DNA of 28,143 bases. Origin: a virus (Duplodnaviria; Caudoviricetes). Made by a program: the position numbers and the translations under genes. The stretch lies in the IMG/VR virus record IMGVR_UViG_3300025673_000012, positions 1 to 28,143 of that record; one strand, given 5' to 3'. The notes under the pieces were generated by a model. The model was not told where the DNA came from. It saw only the letters and a list, made by a program, of their open reading frames with translations, and searched no databases. Positions 9,436-19,137 of the stretch are shown one piece after another (the first letter of the stretch is position 1; each line of letters opens with the position of its first letter).

Positions 9436-9791
9436 TGTCTGATATTTTAGATGCGGCTAAAACCCAGTTCCGCGACAGGCTTTCATCAGGCTTGTCGCAA
9501 CTGGTTGTTCCAGAATGGGAAGTCAAAGGAAAGCCGATAGTAATATATTACAAGCCATCAATGACCATGAAAGAACAGGGTGAAGTTCTTAAATTGGCTA
9601 ACACGAACAAACAAGCGGAATCTGTTGTGATGACGTTAATTATTCGCGCCTTAGATGCTGATGGAAACAGAATGTTTAGAAAAGCAGATATGACAGAAAT
9701 CATGAATCAGACTGACCCAGATGTTATCAGTCAGATTGTTGTTGGAATGGGTGGTGATGAATTAGATTTGGATGACGCAGTAAAAAACTAA
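9435..9791 (+). CDS. Tail assembly chaperone (gpG-like)
   Basis: Lies between tube and tape measure; ends GTA AAA AAC TAA, a slippery site. Confidence 0.85.
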   Translation: MSDILDAAKTQFRDRLSSGLSQLVVPEWEVKGKPIVIYYKPSMTMKEQGEVLKLANTNKQAESVVMTLIIRALDADGNRMFRKADMTEIMNQTDPDVISQIVVGMGGDELDLDDAVKN

Positions 9792-9928
9792 AAAGTGACC
9801 ATGACTTAAGGTTCTGTTTGCATCTGGCAGAACATCTCCATAAGTCATTAGAGGAAATCATGGCACTTAGTACAGATGAAATTATGTTGTGGGTGGCGCA
9901 TTTGGAGTTGAAACGCGATGGCAAGTAA
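9782..9928 (+). other. Programmed -1 frameshift site A-AAA-AAC (9782-9788) and gpT-like extension frame
   Basis: X-XXY-YYZ heptamer in the correct phase. The -1 frame is open to TAA 9926-9928: LKSDHDLRFCLHLAEHLHKSLEEIMALSTDEIMLWVAHLELKRDGK*, a typical gpT-like sequence. Confidence 0.85.
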
Positions 9929-11588
9929 CGATGTTAAAATAACAATAACCGCCCAAGACAGAACTAAACGAGCATTTGCATCTGTTAATCGTGGACTCGC
10001 CGGGGTAACTAGAGCGGCATTTTCTGCTAAGACTGCTCTGGCTGGCGTGGGTTCGGGTTTCGCTATCAAAGGCATAGTCAATGCCGCATCCGAGGTTGAG
10101 CAATTAAAGATAAGAATGAAGTTTCTTACTGGCTCTGTCGAAGATGGTGCAAGGGCGTTTCAAATCATGGACGGTTACGCATCACAAGTGCCTTTCACTT
10201 TGCAAGATATACAAAAAGCCACACCAGCATTATTAGCAGTTGCTGGTGATGTTGAGCAATTAAATGGGTTGTTGTCGGTTACTGGCGACATTTCTGTTGC
10301 ATCAGGCATCTCATTTCAAGACACCGCATTACAATTACAACGTTCATTATCGTCTGGCATAGCATCTGCTGAAATATTTAGGGAGCGAGCCGTTCGCTCA
10401 ATGCTTGGATTTCAAGAGGGTGTTGAATACAACGCCAAGCAAACACGCCAGCACATTCATGATGCTTTTAACGGCAGTGCATTAGATATTAAAGGCGCAA
10501 CGAAAGCAATGGCGGCAACCTATGCTGGCAACGTGTCAATGATGGAAGATGCTTGGTTTAAGTTTAAACTGGCTTTAGCAGAAACAGGTGTATTTGAGTC
10601 TATCGGGAAAGCCATTATTTGGATTACAGGCAAGTTTAAATTGTTTGCGGCGATGGTGAAAGACCCAAGACTCCACGAAATGTTGGGGGTTATACCAGAA
10701 GTTTTTGATAAAGCTAGAGATATGGTTTTTCAAATGGGCATAGGAATGTTGGAATTTTTTGTGAGTGTTGCAAAAGGTTTTGCATGGCTTGACAAATCAG
10801 CAACAGATTTTCTACAGTCTATTAATAACAACCTTGCTAAATTAAATCCAACCATACAGTCATTTGTGCCTATTACTGAAGATTGGTTATCGGATGCTAA
10901 AGCTGGCGTGATTTCTTTTACCACACCTCTCAACGCTGGACTTGATGATGCGATTGGTAAGACAAAAGAATTAAATAATATTGGGTTTAAATCTAACTTT
11001 GATATAACCAAACCAAAAATAAAACCAATAGTAAACCTCACATCATTTGATGCTCAGATGGATGCAATGTCTGAAAAGTTAACGGACATTGACACGCAAG
11101 CGGTGGGTTTTGTTGATAGATTCTCAACAGGTTTAAGCACTCAACTGACACAGGCTTTAATTACAGGGCAAGCATCGTTCAGAGATTTCGCATTGTCTAT
11201 TATTAGCGATTTAACCTCTATGATAATTAAGGCGATGTTATTTAGGTCAATTAAGTCAGCATTGAAAGGAACTACATTAGGCGGCTTAATTAATGGTGCG
11301 TCTGGCGGTGCAGTCACAAGTGTTGAGCATAAAGCATCTGGTGGTAGTTTAAATAAAGGAAAACCTTTTATTGTTGGTGAACAGGGCAGAGAAATATTTG
11401 TACCAAAATCAGACGGACATTTAGTTCCAAACCATCAAATCGGTGGCGGTAATTTAAATGTGACATTCAACCTAAACGCCATCGATACCCAGACAGGTAC
11501 AGGTTTCTTGATGGAAAACAAACAAGCCATTATAGGCATGGTTGACCAAGCATATCGCAGACAGGGCAGACAGGGAGTAATGGCATAA
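9918..11588 (+). CDS. Tape measure protein
   Basis: ITITAQDRT start, helical and Ala-rich with PFTLQDI, and a C-terminal ASGG...FIVGEQGREIFVP...LVPN motif. At 556 aa, the usual ~0.15 nm/residue rule gives a tail of roughly 80 nm. Confidence 0.92.
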   Translation: MASNDVKITITAQDRTKRAFASVNRGLAGVTRAAFSAKTALAGVGSGFAIKGIVNAASEVEQLKIRMKFLTGSVEDGARAFQIMDGYASQVPFTLQDIQKATPALLAVAGDVEQLNGLLSVTGDISVASGISFQDTALQLQRSLSSGIASAEIFRERAVRSMLGFQEGVEYNAKQTRQHIHDAFNGSALDIKGATKAMAATYAGNVSMMEDAWFKFKLALAETGVFESIGKAIIWITGKFKLFAAMVKDPRLHEMLGVIPEVFDKARDMVFQMGIGMLEFFVSVAKGFAWLDKSATDFLQSINNNLAKLNPTIQSFVPITEDWLSDAKAGVISFTTPLNAGLDDAIGKTKELNNIGFKSNFDITKPKIKPIVNLTSFDAQMDAMSEKLTDIDTQAVGFVDRFSTGLSTQLTQALITGQASFRDFALSIISDLTSMIIKAMLFRSIKSALKGTTLGGLINGASGGAVTSVEHKASGGSLNKGKPFIVGEQGREIFVPKSDGHLVPNHQIGGGNLNVTFNLNAIDTQTGTGFLMENKQAIIGMVDQAYRRQGRQGVMA

Positions 11589-12154
11589 TGGCATTTCCAA
11601 CGACACCCAAGCCACGAAGTGTTCAAGTAACATCGTTATCACCTAATCTGGTGAGTGAAGCGCACAGCATGAAGCGGCAAGTTCGCAGTCTTGGGGTGCA
11701 GAAATGGGTCTTGCAAGCATCCTACCCACCAATGACCAGAACAGAGTTTGCGCCATTATGGGCGTTTGTAATTGCTCAAAAAGGTAGGTATTCAACTTTC
11801 AGTTATACGCCAGAAAAAATATCAACTACAACAGGCACAGCAACAGGAACATTAACCGTATCAAGTGCGGCAAGTGCTGGCGCATCAACTATTTCAGCAT
11901 CAGGGTTAACAGGCACATTGAAAGCTGGTGATTTCATCAAGTTCTCAGGGCATAGCAAAGTTTATATGTTGACGGCTGATGCGACAACCAGCCTGGCCAT
12001 CGAGCCACCATTGATTTCAGCCGTTGCTACGACAGACACGGTTACTTATAACAATGTGCCTTTTACTTGTGCGCTATCTGGCGACAGTCAGGGAACAGGG
12101 CTGGATATAAACGAAATGCACTCGTTTTCATTATCTCTGGTTGAGGTTATCTAG
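11588..12154 (+). CDS. Distal tail protein (Dit-like)
   Basis: Follows the tape measure; contains an inserted beta domain LKAGDFIKF...KVYM...IEPPL. Confidence 0.7.
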   Translation: MAFPTTPKPRSVQVTSLSPNLVSEAHSMKRQVRSLGVQKWVLQASYPPMTRTEFAPLWAFVIAQKGRYSTFSYTPEKISTTTGTATGTLTVSSAASAGASTISASGLTGTLKAGDFIKFSGHSKVYMLTADATTSLAIEPPLISAVATTDTVTYNNVPFTCALSGDSQGTGLDINEMHSFSLSLVEVI

Positions 12155-12717
12155 TGGACAGGGGAGCGGATAGCACCACATTAGCTGAGATTAACGCAGA
12201 CCAATGTGCGCCAGTTCATTTGTTGGAAATACATTGGGATGAGGAAGTTTCTTATTTAAGTGACTTCAACAGAACGATAACTTATAACAGCAACAACTAT
12301 GTTGGGTTAGGGCATATGCTAGGGTTTAGCGATGTTGAGGAAACATCAGCACTGGTTACTGGCACATTGAGTTTTTCATTATCGGGCGTTGATAAAACTT
12401 ATCTGTCATTCTTTTTAAGCCGCAATTACATTGATAGGGAAGTTAGGTTGTATAAAACTTTTCTGGATTCAGCGTTGTCATTAATTGGTACTCCGATATT
12501 AATCTTTTCTGGAAGAATCCATAAGCCTGTTATCCAAGAGAATCCCAGCGATGGCACTTGTACATTAGCGATTGAGTCGGCTAGTCATTGGGTTGATTTT
12601 GAAAGACGGTCAGGGCGGCACACTAATTTCTTAGAGCAACAAGTTTATTTTCCCGATGACAAGGGTTTTGAGTTCGCATCAGAAGTGATGAAAGATATTA
12701 AGTGGGGTGCTGATTAA
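12154..12717 (+). CDS. Tail tip/hub protein (gpL-like)
   Basis: YVGLGHML, FSLSGVD, FSGRI and FPDDKGFEF...IKWG motifs; GTG start. Confidence 0.72.
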   Translation: MDRGADSTTLAEINADQCAPVHLLEIHWDEEVSYLSDFNRTITYNSNNYVGLGHMLGFSDVEETSALVTGTLSFSLSGVDKTYLSFFLSRNYIDREVRLYKTFLDSALSLIGTPILIFSGRIHKPVIQENPSDGTCTLAIESASHWVDFERRSGRHTNFLEQQVYFPDDKGFEFASEVMKDIKWGAD

Positions 12718-15338
12718 TGCCAGACCATGATTTTTTTCAAGACGACGTAGATACATTTGATGTCATTTCTGGCACAGCACCAAGTTCTGCACTAACTTTC
12801 TCAAGTGCCGCTTCTCTTTTAGCTACAGGCTTTAATGCTGTCCTTGACAACTCATTCTTCCAAGGTTTAGCACTTACTGGTTTATTGGTTGGTGTGGGTC
12901 GTGTTCTTGATTCATCAATTGGAATGTCGAGCAACGCTGTACAGTTAGATGGTTTTAGGTCGCCCAATGTAGGTAAGTCAGTATTAGTCAACAAGGCATC
13001 ATCATCAGAACAATTATATGTTGTTTATGGTGAAAGGCGTGTTGGTGGTGTTAGGGTATTTGTTAATGCTGACGGCGAGCATCTTGATGTTGTGTTGGCT
13101 ATGGCAGATGGTGAAGTCGATAGCGTTGTGAATATTTATTTCAATGATGACTTATCGACAGATTCACAATTCACCAGCGAAATTGCGGAAACCACCGTTC
13201 ATTTAGGTGCTGATGACCAGAGTGCTGATTCAGTGTTGGTTAGTCGTGTTGCAGATTGGACAGCAGAGCATAAACTATCTGGCGTTGTTTATATCTATGC
13301 AAGATTAAAATTTGACCAAGATGTGTGGCATGGTGGTATTCCAACAATAACTGCTGATATAAAAGGCACTAAAGTATTTGACCCAAGAGATTCATCAACT
13401 GCCTGGTCAGATAATCCAGCATTATGCATTCGTGATTATTTAACTAATGACCGATATGGGCGTGGTATTCCATCCGCTCAAATAGATGACACAGCGATTA
13501 TTTCAGCCGCTAATTTTTGCGATGAAATGATAGAGAAAGGTGGGTCAAGTCAGAAACGATATACTTGTAATGGCGTTGTTAATGTTGACGATGAGTCAAT
13601 GACAACGGTGCGTAAATTATTGAGTAGTTGTCGGGGAATGTTAATCTTCTCTGCTGGTAAATATAAACTGGTTATTGATAAAGTCGAAACGCCATCGTTT
13701 ACATTCGATGAAGATAATATTATTGGCTCATGGACTATTTCGATGGGCAGTAAAACGTCTATGTTTAATCGTTGCAAAGCCAAGATATTCAACAAAGACC
13801 GCTCATGGCAAGATGATTTCATTACTATTGATTCACCAGCATTAAGAGAGTTGGACAACGACTTAATGTTGCAACGTGAGATTCAACTGCCATTCACATC
13901 TGATGAAGTAACAGCACGACAAATAACCACTATTAATCTCAACCAATCACGCCAACAGTTAGCGGTTGAATTTAATGCAACCATAAAAGGCATGAGGGCA
14001 GAGGTTGGCGATGTTGTCTATATCACTCACTCAACACCAGCGTGGACTAACAAGGCATTTCGGGTCATGGAAATATCCATGATGGGAACATCGGACGTTA
14101 AGATTACAGCAGTTGAATACGATGCAACAACGTATGATTTCGGCACAATCTCAACAGTAGATGCAACGCCAAATACTAATTTGCCAGATATGACTATTGT
14201 GGCGTCGCCTGTTGCTCCATTGGTTTCTGAGTCTATATACCAAACGCTTGACGGTTCGGCAGTTAAAGCTAAAGCAAGCATTTCATGGACTGCAAGCACA
14301 GCAAACTTTATATCTCATTATGTTTTAGAGTACAAAGAATCTAGCGAAACAGATTATTTAGTCGTAACAACCACACAAGGGTTAACAGCAGAAATACTTG
14401 ATATTGCGCCAGCTATTTATGACTTTAGATTAAAAGTGGTTAACACTGCTGGTGTATCTTCTGAGTTTTCAAGCACTCATCAAGAGATATTCGCATTATC
14501 GGTAAAACCATCGGCGTTGACTAACTTTCAAGCGCAGTCTGCTTCATCATTAACGATTTTAACTTGGGATGAGTCGCCCGATATTGATGTTCGTGTTGGC
14601 GGCAAGATTGAGATTCGACATTCAAGCCTGTTGTCAGGTGCGACATGGGCAGAGTCGGTTAGTGTTAATGGCGGTATAATTATATCGGGAAACGCCACAA
14701 ACGTTGCATTGCCATTATTGGCAGGCACATATATTGCCAGAGCATTTGACTCAAGTGGACTTCAATCAGATATATCAACCGTAACAACTGAAGCGGCAAC
14801 GCTACAAGCATTTTCAACTGTTGGTTTATTGCAAGCGCACCCAAACTTTAACGGCACACACGATGACACTGTAATGGTTGATTCTAAATTGCGGCTACAG
14901 GGGCAAGTAGATATTGACTCATGGACTGACGTTGATTCTTTGGAGTTGTTTGATTTAGGTCAGGGTGGTGTAGATACTGGCGGCACTTATTATTTTTCAT
15001 CGGGCATTGATGCTGGCACAGTTAAGACGCAACAACTGACACGGACAATATCAAGCATTGTTGCACAACCGCTAGACAAGTTTGACGACAGAACTGCTCT
15101 CATCAACACATGGCTTGATTTTGATGGAACTGAAGATGGTGCTGGTGATTGTAAAGTGTTTGTCAGGCATACGGACGATGACCCAAGCGCATCACCAACA
15201 TGGTCGGTATGGAAGCCATTAACTGTCACAACCTACACCGCTCGTGGATTTCAATTCAAAGCTGACCTATCAGTTAGCGACCCTATTTATAATATAAATG
15301 TTTCAGAGTTATCTGTAACAGCACAGGAGTTAAGTTAA
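12717..15338 (+). CDS. Central tail tip / host-specificity protein (gpJ-like) with FN3-like domains
   Basis: VVYGERRVGG, GTKVFDPR, WSDNPALCIRDYL, RYTCNGV and EVGDVVYIT motifs, followed by FN3-like ISWT...YVLEYK...YDFRLKVVN. Confidence 0.9.
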   Translation: MPDHDFFQDDVDTFDVISGTAPSSALTFSSAASLLATGFNAVLDNSFFQGLALTGLLVGVGRVLDSSIGMSSNAVQLDGFRSPNVGKSVLVNKASSSEQLYVVYGERRVGGVRVFVNADGEHLDVVLAMADGEVDSVVNIYFNDDLSTDSQFTSEIAETTVHLGADDQSADSVLVSRVADWTAEHKLSGVVYIYARLKFDQDVWHGGIPTITADIKGTKVFDPRDSSTAWSDNPALCIRDYLTNDRYGRGIPSAQIDDTAIISAANFCDEMIEKGGSSQKRYTCNGVVNVDDESMTTVRKLLSSCRGMLIFSAGKYKLVIDKVETPSFTFDEDNIIGSWTISMGSKTSMFNRCKAKIFNKDRSWQDDFITIDSPALRELDNDLMLQREIQLPFTSDEVTARQITTINLNQSRQQLAVEFNATIKGMRAEVGDVVYITHSTPAWTNKAFRVMEISMMGTSDVKITAVEYDATTYDFGTISTVDATPNTNLPDMTIVASPVAPLVSESIYQTLDGSAVKAKASISWTASTANFISHYVLEYKESSETDYLVVTTTQGLTAEILDIAPAIYDFRLKVVNTAGVSSEFSSTHQEIFALSVKPSALTNFQAQSASSLTILTWDESPDIDVRVGGKIEIRHSSLLSGATWAESVSVNGGIIISGNATNVALPLLAGTYIARAFDSSGLQSDISTVTTEAATLQAFSTVGLLQAHPNFNGTHDDTVMVDSKLRLQGQVDIDSWTDVDSLELFDLGQGGVDTGGTYYFSSGIDAGTVKTQQLTRTISSIVAQPLDKFDDRTALINTWLDFDGTEDGAGDCKVFVRHTDDDPSASPTWSVWKPLTVTTYTARGFQFKADLSVSDPIYNINVSELSVTAQELS

Positions 15339-15923
15339 ATGGCTACACATAATTATAGTATTGCTAATGCAGATGGCGCAACGGTTAGACAAGATATCAA
15401 TAATGTATTAGATGCGATTGTGTCTAATAACAGCAATGCCACATCACCAACAACAACGCATGCTTATCAGTGGTGGTCAGACACTACAAGCGGCAAACTG
15501 AAAATCAGGAATGCGGCAAATAACGCATGGATTGAAGTTGGAACATTAGCTGACGCAAATCTTGGTTTGCAGAGTTATGACGTTGATACTGCTAAATTGG
15601 ATGTTGTTCAGTCATTCACGGCAACTCAAACATTCAAAGGTATTACTGAAACTCAAGTTACTAATTCAACAACCACTTACACGGTTAATTTAAGCAACGG
15701 TACTATTTTCAACCTAACCAATACCGCACAAGTTGGGGTAACAATGCCGACAGCAGTAGCAGGTAAGTCTTTCACGATTATCGCAAAAACTGCTCCATCT
15801 TGGACAGGCACTATTCTCTGGTCGGGTGGTACAGAACCATCAGCGACTACAATTTCAATTTATTCATTCCTGAGTGACGGCTCAAGTTGGTACGGAATGG
15901 AATCTGGCAATGGGTTTGCATAA
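15339..15923 (+). CDS. Tail fibre / receptor-binding base protein
   Basis: Follows gpJ. N-terminal anchor (IAN.DGA.VR.DIN), WWSDT...LKIRN...WIEVG repeat element and a beta-rich C-terminal domain. Confidence 0.65.
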   Translation: MATHNYSIANADGATVRQDINNVLDAIVSNNSNATSPTTTHAYQWWSDTTSGKLKIRNAANNAWIEVGTLADANLGLQSYDVDTAKLDVVQSFTATQTFKGITETQVTNSTTTYTVNLSNGTIFNLTNTAQVGVTMPTAVAGKSFTIIAKTAPSWTGTILWSGGTEPSATTISIYSFLSDGSSWYGMESGNGFA

Positions 15924-16783
15924 TGCCATTTACTGCGGATAGAGCAAGGCAAGGGGCGGCTGGTAATGTTGCCGCACCGTATGACATAGATTATATTGTC
16001 GTATCAGGCGGAGGTGCTGGTGGCACTATAAGAGGTGGCGGCGGAGGTGCTGGTGGCTATAGCAATGTGACAGGAACAACGCTTACTCCGAGCACTTCAT
16101 ACACAGTAACTATTGGTGCTGGTGGTGCGGCAGTATCATCTTCTGGGGGGTATAGTGTTGGAAACAGTGGGAGTGCTTCTACATTTATCACCAGCACTAT
16201 TGGCGGTGGTGGCGGTGGTCACTATGCCGCCAGTGGTATAGCTGGTGCTTCTGGTGGTTCTGGAGGTGGTGGTGGTGGTTCTGAGGGTGGTTCTGGAGGT
16301 GCTGGCGGTTCTGGAACTTCTGGTCAGGGCTATGCTGGGGGTGCTGGTAGTGACAATGGAGCATCATTCGCAAATCCAGCAGGCGGCGGAGGTGGTGCTA
16401 GTGAAGCAGGGCAAGATGCCAGTGGTGGGTCGATTGCTGGTGCAGGGGGTGATGGTTTATCAACTTCTTACACGGGAACTTCAATAACTTATGCTGGGGG
16501 TGGTGGAGGTTGTGTTTCTGGAAATGCCACAAGTGGTGCTGGTGGTGCTGGTGGTGGTGGTGCTGGGCATAACAATAGCGGCAATGGGGTTAGCGGAACA
16601 GGCAATACAGGTGGTGGAGGTGGTGGTTCAGACGTTACTTCTGGGGCTGGGGGGTCTGGCGTTGTGGTGCTAAGAATACCCACAGCCAGTTACTCAGGCA
16701 CTACCACAGGGTCACCCACACTAACGACTAACGGATTATATAAAGTTCTCACCTTTACAGGTGACGGCTCATATACAGGATAA
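15923..16783 (+). CDS. Glycine-rich adhesin-like protein
   Basis: IDYIVVSGGGAGG...GGSGVVVLR boundaries enclose many Gly runs. The true start is likely ATG 15923 (TAATG coupling) rather than 15887. Confidence 0.75.
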   Translation: MPFTADRARQGAAGNVAAPYDIDYIVVSGGGAGGTIRGGGGGAGGYSNVTGTTLTPSTSYTVTIGAGGAAVSSSGGYSVGNSGSASTFITSTIGGGGGGHYAASGIAGASGGSGGGGGGSEGGSGGAGGSGTSGQGYAGGAGSDNGASFANPAGGGGGASEAGQDASGGSIAGAGGDGLSTSYTGTSITYAGGGGGCVSGNATSGAGGAGGGGAGHNNSGNGVSGTGNTGGGGGGSDVTSGAGGSGVVVLRIPTASYSGTTTGSPTLTTNGLYKVLTFTGDGSYTG

Positions 16784-16787
16784 CGAT

Positions 16788-17156
16788 ATGGCACATTACG
16801 CAAAACTAGACGCAACGCACAATGTCATCAATGTTCATGTTCTGAACAACGCTGTAATTACAGATGGTGAGGGGAACGAACAGGAACAACTTGGTGTTGA
16901 TTTCCTGACACAACTACACGGTGGTGAGGGTTGGTACAAACAGACCTCGTACAACGGAAACTTTAGAAAGAACTACGCAGGGATTGGTTACACATACGAT
17001 AAATCCAGAGATGCGTTCATGCCACCGAAACCGTATTCATCGTGGATACTGAACGAAGATACTTGTCGATGGGATGCACCGATAGCGATGCCGAATGATG
17101 ACCAGAGGTATATATGGAACGAAGAAACGCAAGCGTGGACTTTACTAGGCGATTGA
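16788..17156 (+). CDS. Conserved phage protein accompanying Gly-rich tail proteins (MAHYAKL...KQTSYN...RKNYAGIG family)
   Basis: Recognisable motif set, recalled from aquatic phages. Start at ATG 16788 with AGGA SD. Function unknown. Confidence 0.7.
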   Translation: MAHYAKLDATHNVINVHVLNNAVITDGEGNEQEQLGVDFLTQLHGGEGWYKQTSYNGNFRKNYAGIGYTYDKSRDAFMPPKPYSSWILNEDTCRWDAPIAMPNDDQRYIWNEETQAWTLLGD

Positions 17157-17177
17157 CCCATTAGCCGACCAGCATCC

Positions 17178-17669
17178 ATGATAACTAAATCTGACATAGC
17201 TATTAATTCAAGCGTAACTGCAACTGAGTCGGTTGGCGTTTGGTTATTAGCCGATGTGCTTTTACGACAGTTATCCGCAAGCCATGAAACATCAGTGTTA
17301 AGTGCTGAGTTATTGCTTTCTGATAATGTAGCCGATATTGAAATTGGCTCAACTGCGGCAACCATTTCTATTGCGGAAAGTTTATCAGCACAGGTATTAA
17401 TTGATGATTCAATGGCGGCATCCATGACGGTTAAAGCGATTGATTCGGTTGATGCGTCTGTGGAAACTCAACCTAGTTTATCGGGTGATTTAGCATTAAC
17501 TTTGTCATCGTCTGCAACGATAGTTCTGAGCGAGTATATATTTTCTGTTGATGCGTTTGTGGATACGGAATTGCTGTTGGACGATGATTATAAATTATTA
17601 TTAGATGATGATTATAATTTGATTTTAGGCGATTATACGCCAGACTTTTTACAGGATATTGGACGATGA
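17178..17669 (+). CDS. Acidic Ser/Ala-rich hypothetical structural protein with tandem LLLDDDY motif
   Basis: 163 aa; C-terminal ELLLDDDYKLLLDDDYNLIL; ATGA-coupled to the next gene. Confidence 0.6.
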   Translation: MITKSDIAINSSVTATESVGVWLLADVLLRQLSASHETSVLSAELLLSDNVADIEIGSTAATISIAESLSAQVLIDDSMAASMTVKAIDSVDASVETQPSLSGDLALTLSSSATIVLSEYIFSVDAFVDTELLLDDDYKLLLDDDYNLILGDYTPDFLQDIGR

Positions 17670-17986
17670 AAACGCTTTATATCGACAACGACACAACGGT
17701 TACTTTGAAGAATTTAAAGAACTCAGCGTTAGGCACTTATATCAACGATGGCACTGTGACGATGACTTTAAAAGATTCGTCTGGCACAACGGTTTCTGGC
17801 ATGACATTCCCACTGACGATGAGTTATGTTGCATCAAGTAACGGTGATTATTTAACCACTTTGCAAGGTGCTTTATCGCTATCAGAAGATACGCAGTACG
17901 CTGGCGAAATAACGGTTGTTTCTGGCAGTTTAGACGCTAAATGGACTATTGATTTCATAGCTAAAAAAAGGAAATTCGATGCCTGA
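17666..17986 (+). CDS. Small beta-sandwich structural protein (BppU-N/Ig-like)
   Basis: Alternating beta pattern, YAGEITV motif, located within the fibre cluster. Confidence 0.55.
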   Translation: MKTLYIDNDTTVTLKNLKNSALGTYINDGTVTMTLKDSSGTTVSGMTFPLTMSYVASSNGDYLTTLQGALSLSEDTQYAGEITVVSGSLDAKWTIDFIAKKRKFDA

Positions 17987-18215
17987 TAGAAAGCTAAATG
18001 TTCTGACAGAACTAACAACCGCCAATGATGATATGCAATTTTTAGTGGATGATGATGGCGTGTCCAAACGTATTAAACATCTGAATTTCAGAGAATCCTC
18101 ATCTTCTATCTTAACTAAAATTAAAACAGTTGATGGCACTGGTTCTGGTCTTGACGCTGACACGATTCAATCGGTTGCCCCAGAAAATCTTTCGCTGAAT
18201 GGTGGTTATTTCTAA
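17979..18215 (+). CDS. Short fibre-linker protein
   Basis: Starts DRKLNVLTEL...SKRI, contains the phage-fibre motif VDGTGSGLDAD and ends LNGGYF. Confidence 0.6.
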   Translation: MPDRKLNVLTELTTANDDMQFLVDDDGVSKRIKHLNFRESSSSILTKIKTVDGTGSGLDADTIQSVAPENLSLNGGYF

Positions 18216-18226
18216 AGGAAAATTAA

Positions 18227-19129
18227 ATGGCAAATACAATAAAGATTAAAAGAAGTACATCAACGGCAACCCCTACATCTTTATCAGAGGGGGAATTGGC
18301 TTATTCCGAAAGCAGTAGTAAGCTATTTATTGGCACAAGTGGGAGTAATATTGAAACCATTGGTGGTGAATTAGGCACATCAGTTCAAGCATACGATGCG
18401 AACATTGTTAGCGATGCCAGTTATGTATCAACTGATAACAATTTTACAACTACACTAAAAAGCAAACTGGACGGTGTGGCATCAAGTGCTAATAACTATG
18501 CTTTGCCAACAGCAACATCAAGCGTTTTAGGTGGCGTTAAAGTTGGCACAAACTTATCTATCGCAAGCGGTGTATTAAGTGCATCAGATACGACATACTC
18601 ACTGCCGACCGCATCATCATCAACGCTGGGTGGCGTTAAAATCGGAAGTAATTTAAGCATTAGTGGCACTGGTGTTTTGAGTGCTACCGATACCGACACG
18701 ACCTATTCAAATGCAACAACATCTGCGGCTGGCTTAATGTCAACTACAGACAAAAGTAAACTTGATGGGGTTGCGGCAAGTGCTAATAATTATTCTCTCA
18801 CAACAGCATCATCATCAGTTCTGGGTGGCATAAAAGTAGGCACAAACTTATCTATTGCAAGTGGGGTTTTGAGCGCAACAGATACAAATACGACTTATTC
18901 AGACGCAACAACTTCTGCATCTGGTTTAATGAGTTCAACGGACAAGACGAATCATAATTCAGTTTATTCCTGGTACTCAACTATGACTACTGCTGATGGC
19001 GACAGCATCATCAATACAGTAAACGAGATAGTATCTGCGTTTGAAAGTCATGCAGAGGGATTAAACCTAATCACCGAACTGGATGCCAAGTTAACAGCTG
19101 CATCAACCATTGATGGTGGTTCTTTCTAG
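18227..19129 (+). CDS. Fibre protein with Mtd_N-like N-terminal domain and internal repeats
   Basis: IKIKRS...PTSL.EGELAY...KLFIG N-terminus, repeated LGGVKVG/GLMS units, ends IDGGSF. Confidence 0.8.
   Translation: MANTIKIKRSTSTATPTSLSEGELAYSESSSKLFIGTSGSNIETIGGELGTSVQAYDANIVSDASYVSTDNNFTTTLKSKLDGVASSANNYALPTATSSVLGGVKVGTNLSIASGVLSASDTTYSLPTASSSTLGGVKIGSNLSISGTGVLSATDTDTTYSNATTSAAGLMSTTDKSKLDGVAASANNYSLTTASSSVLGGIKVGTNLSIASGVLSATDTNTTYSDATTSASGLMSSTDKTNHNSVYSWYSTMTTADGDSIINTVNEIVSAFESHAEGLNLITELDAKLTAASTIDGGSF
18459..18946 (+). repeat. Degenerate intragenic repeats in the fibre gene
   Basis: 3x YxL(P/T)TA(T/S)SSxLGG(V/I)K(V/I)GxNLSI..GVLSA, 2x KSKLDGVAxSANNY and 2x TTYSxATTSAxGLMSxTDK. At DNA level, GGCACAAACTTATCTAT occurs at ~18545 and ~18839. 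Confidence 0.9.
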
Positions 19130-19137
19130 GGATAATT

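Noticed and set aside
15923-16783. GGT/GGC runs as a microsatellite, and overlapping Val-rich or Pro-rich ORFs
   Set aside because: Fully explained by Gly codons; the alternative ORFs (16245, 16489, 16491) are frame shadows.
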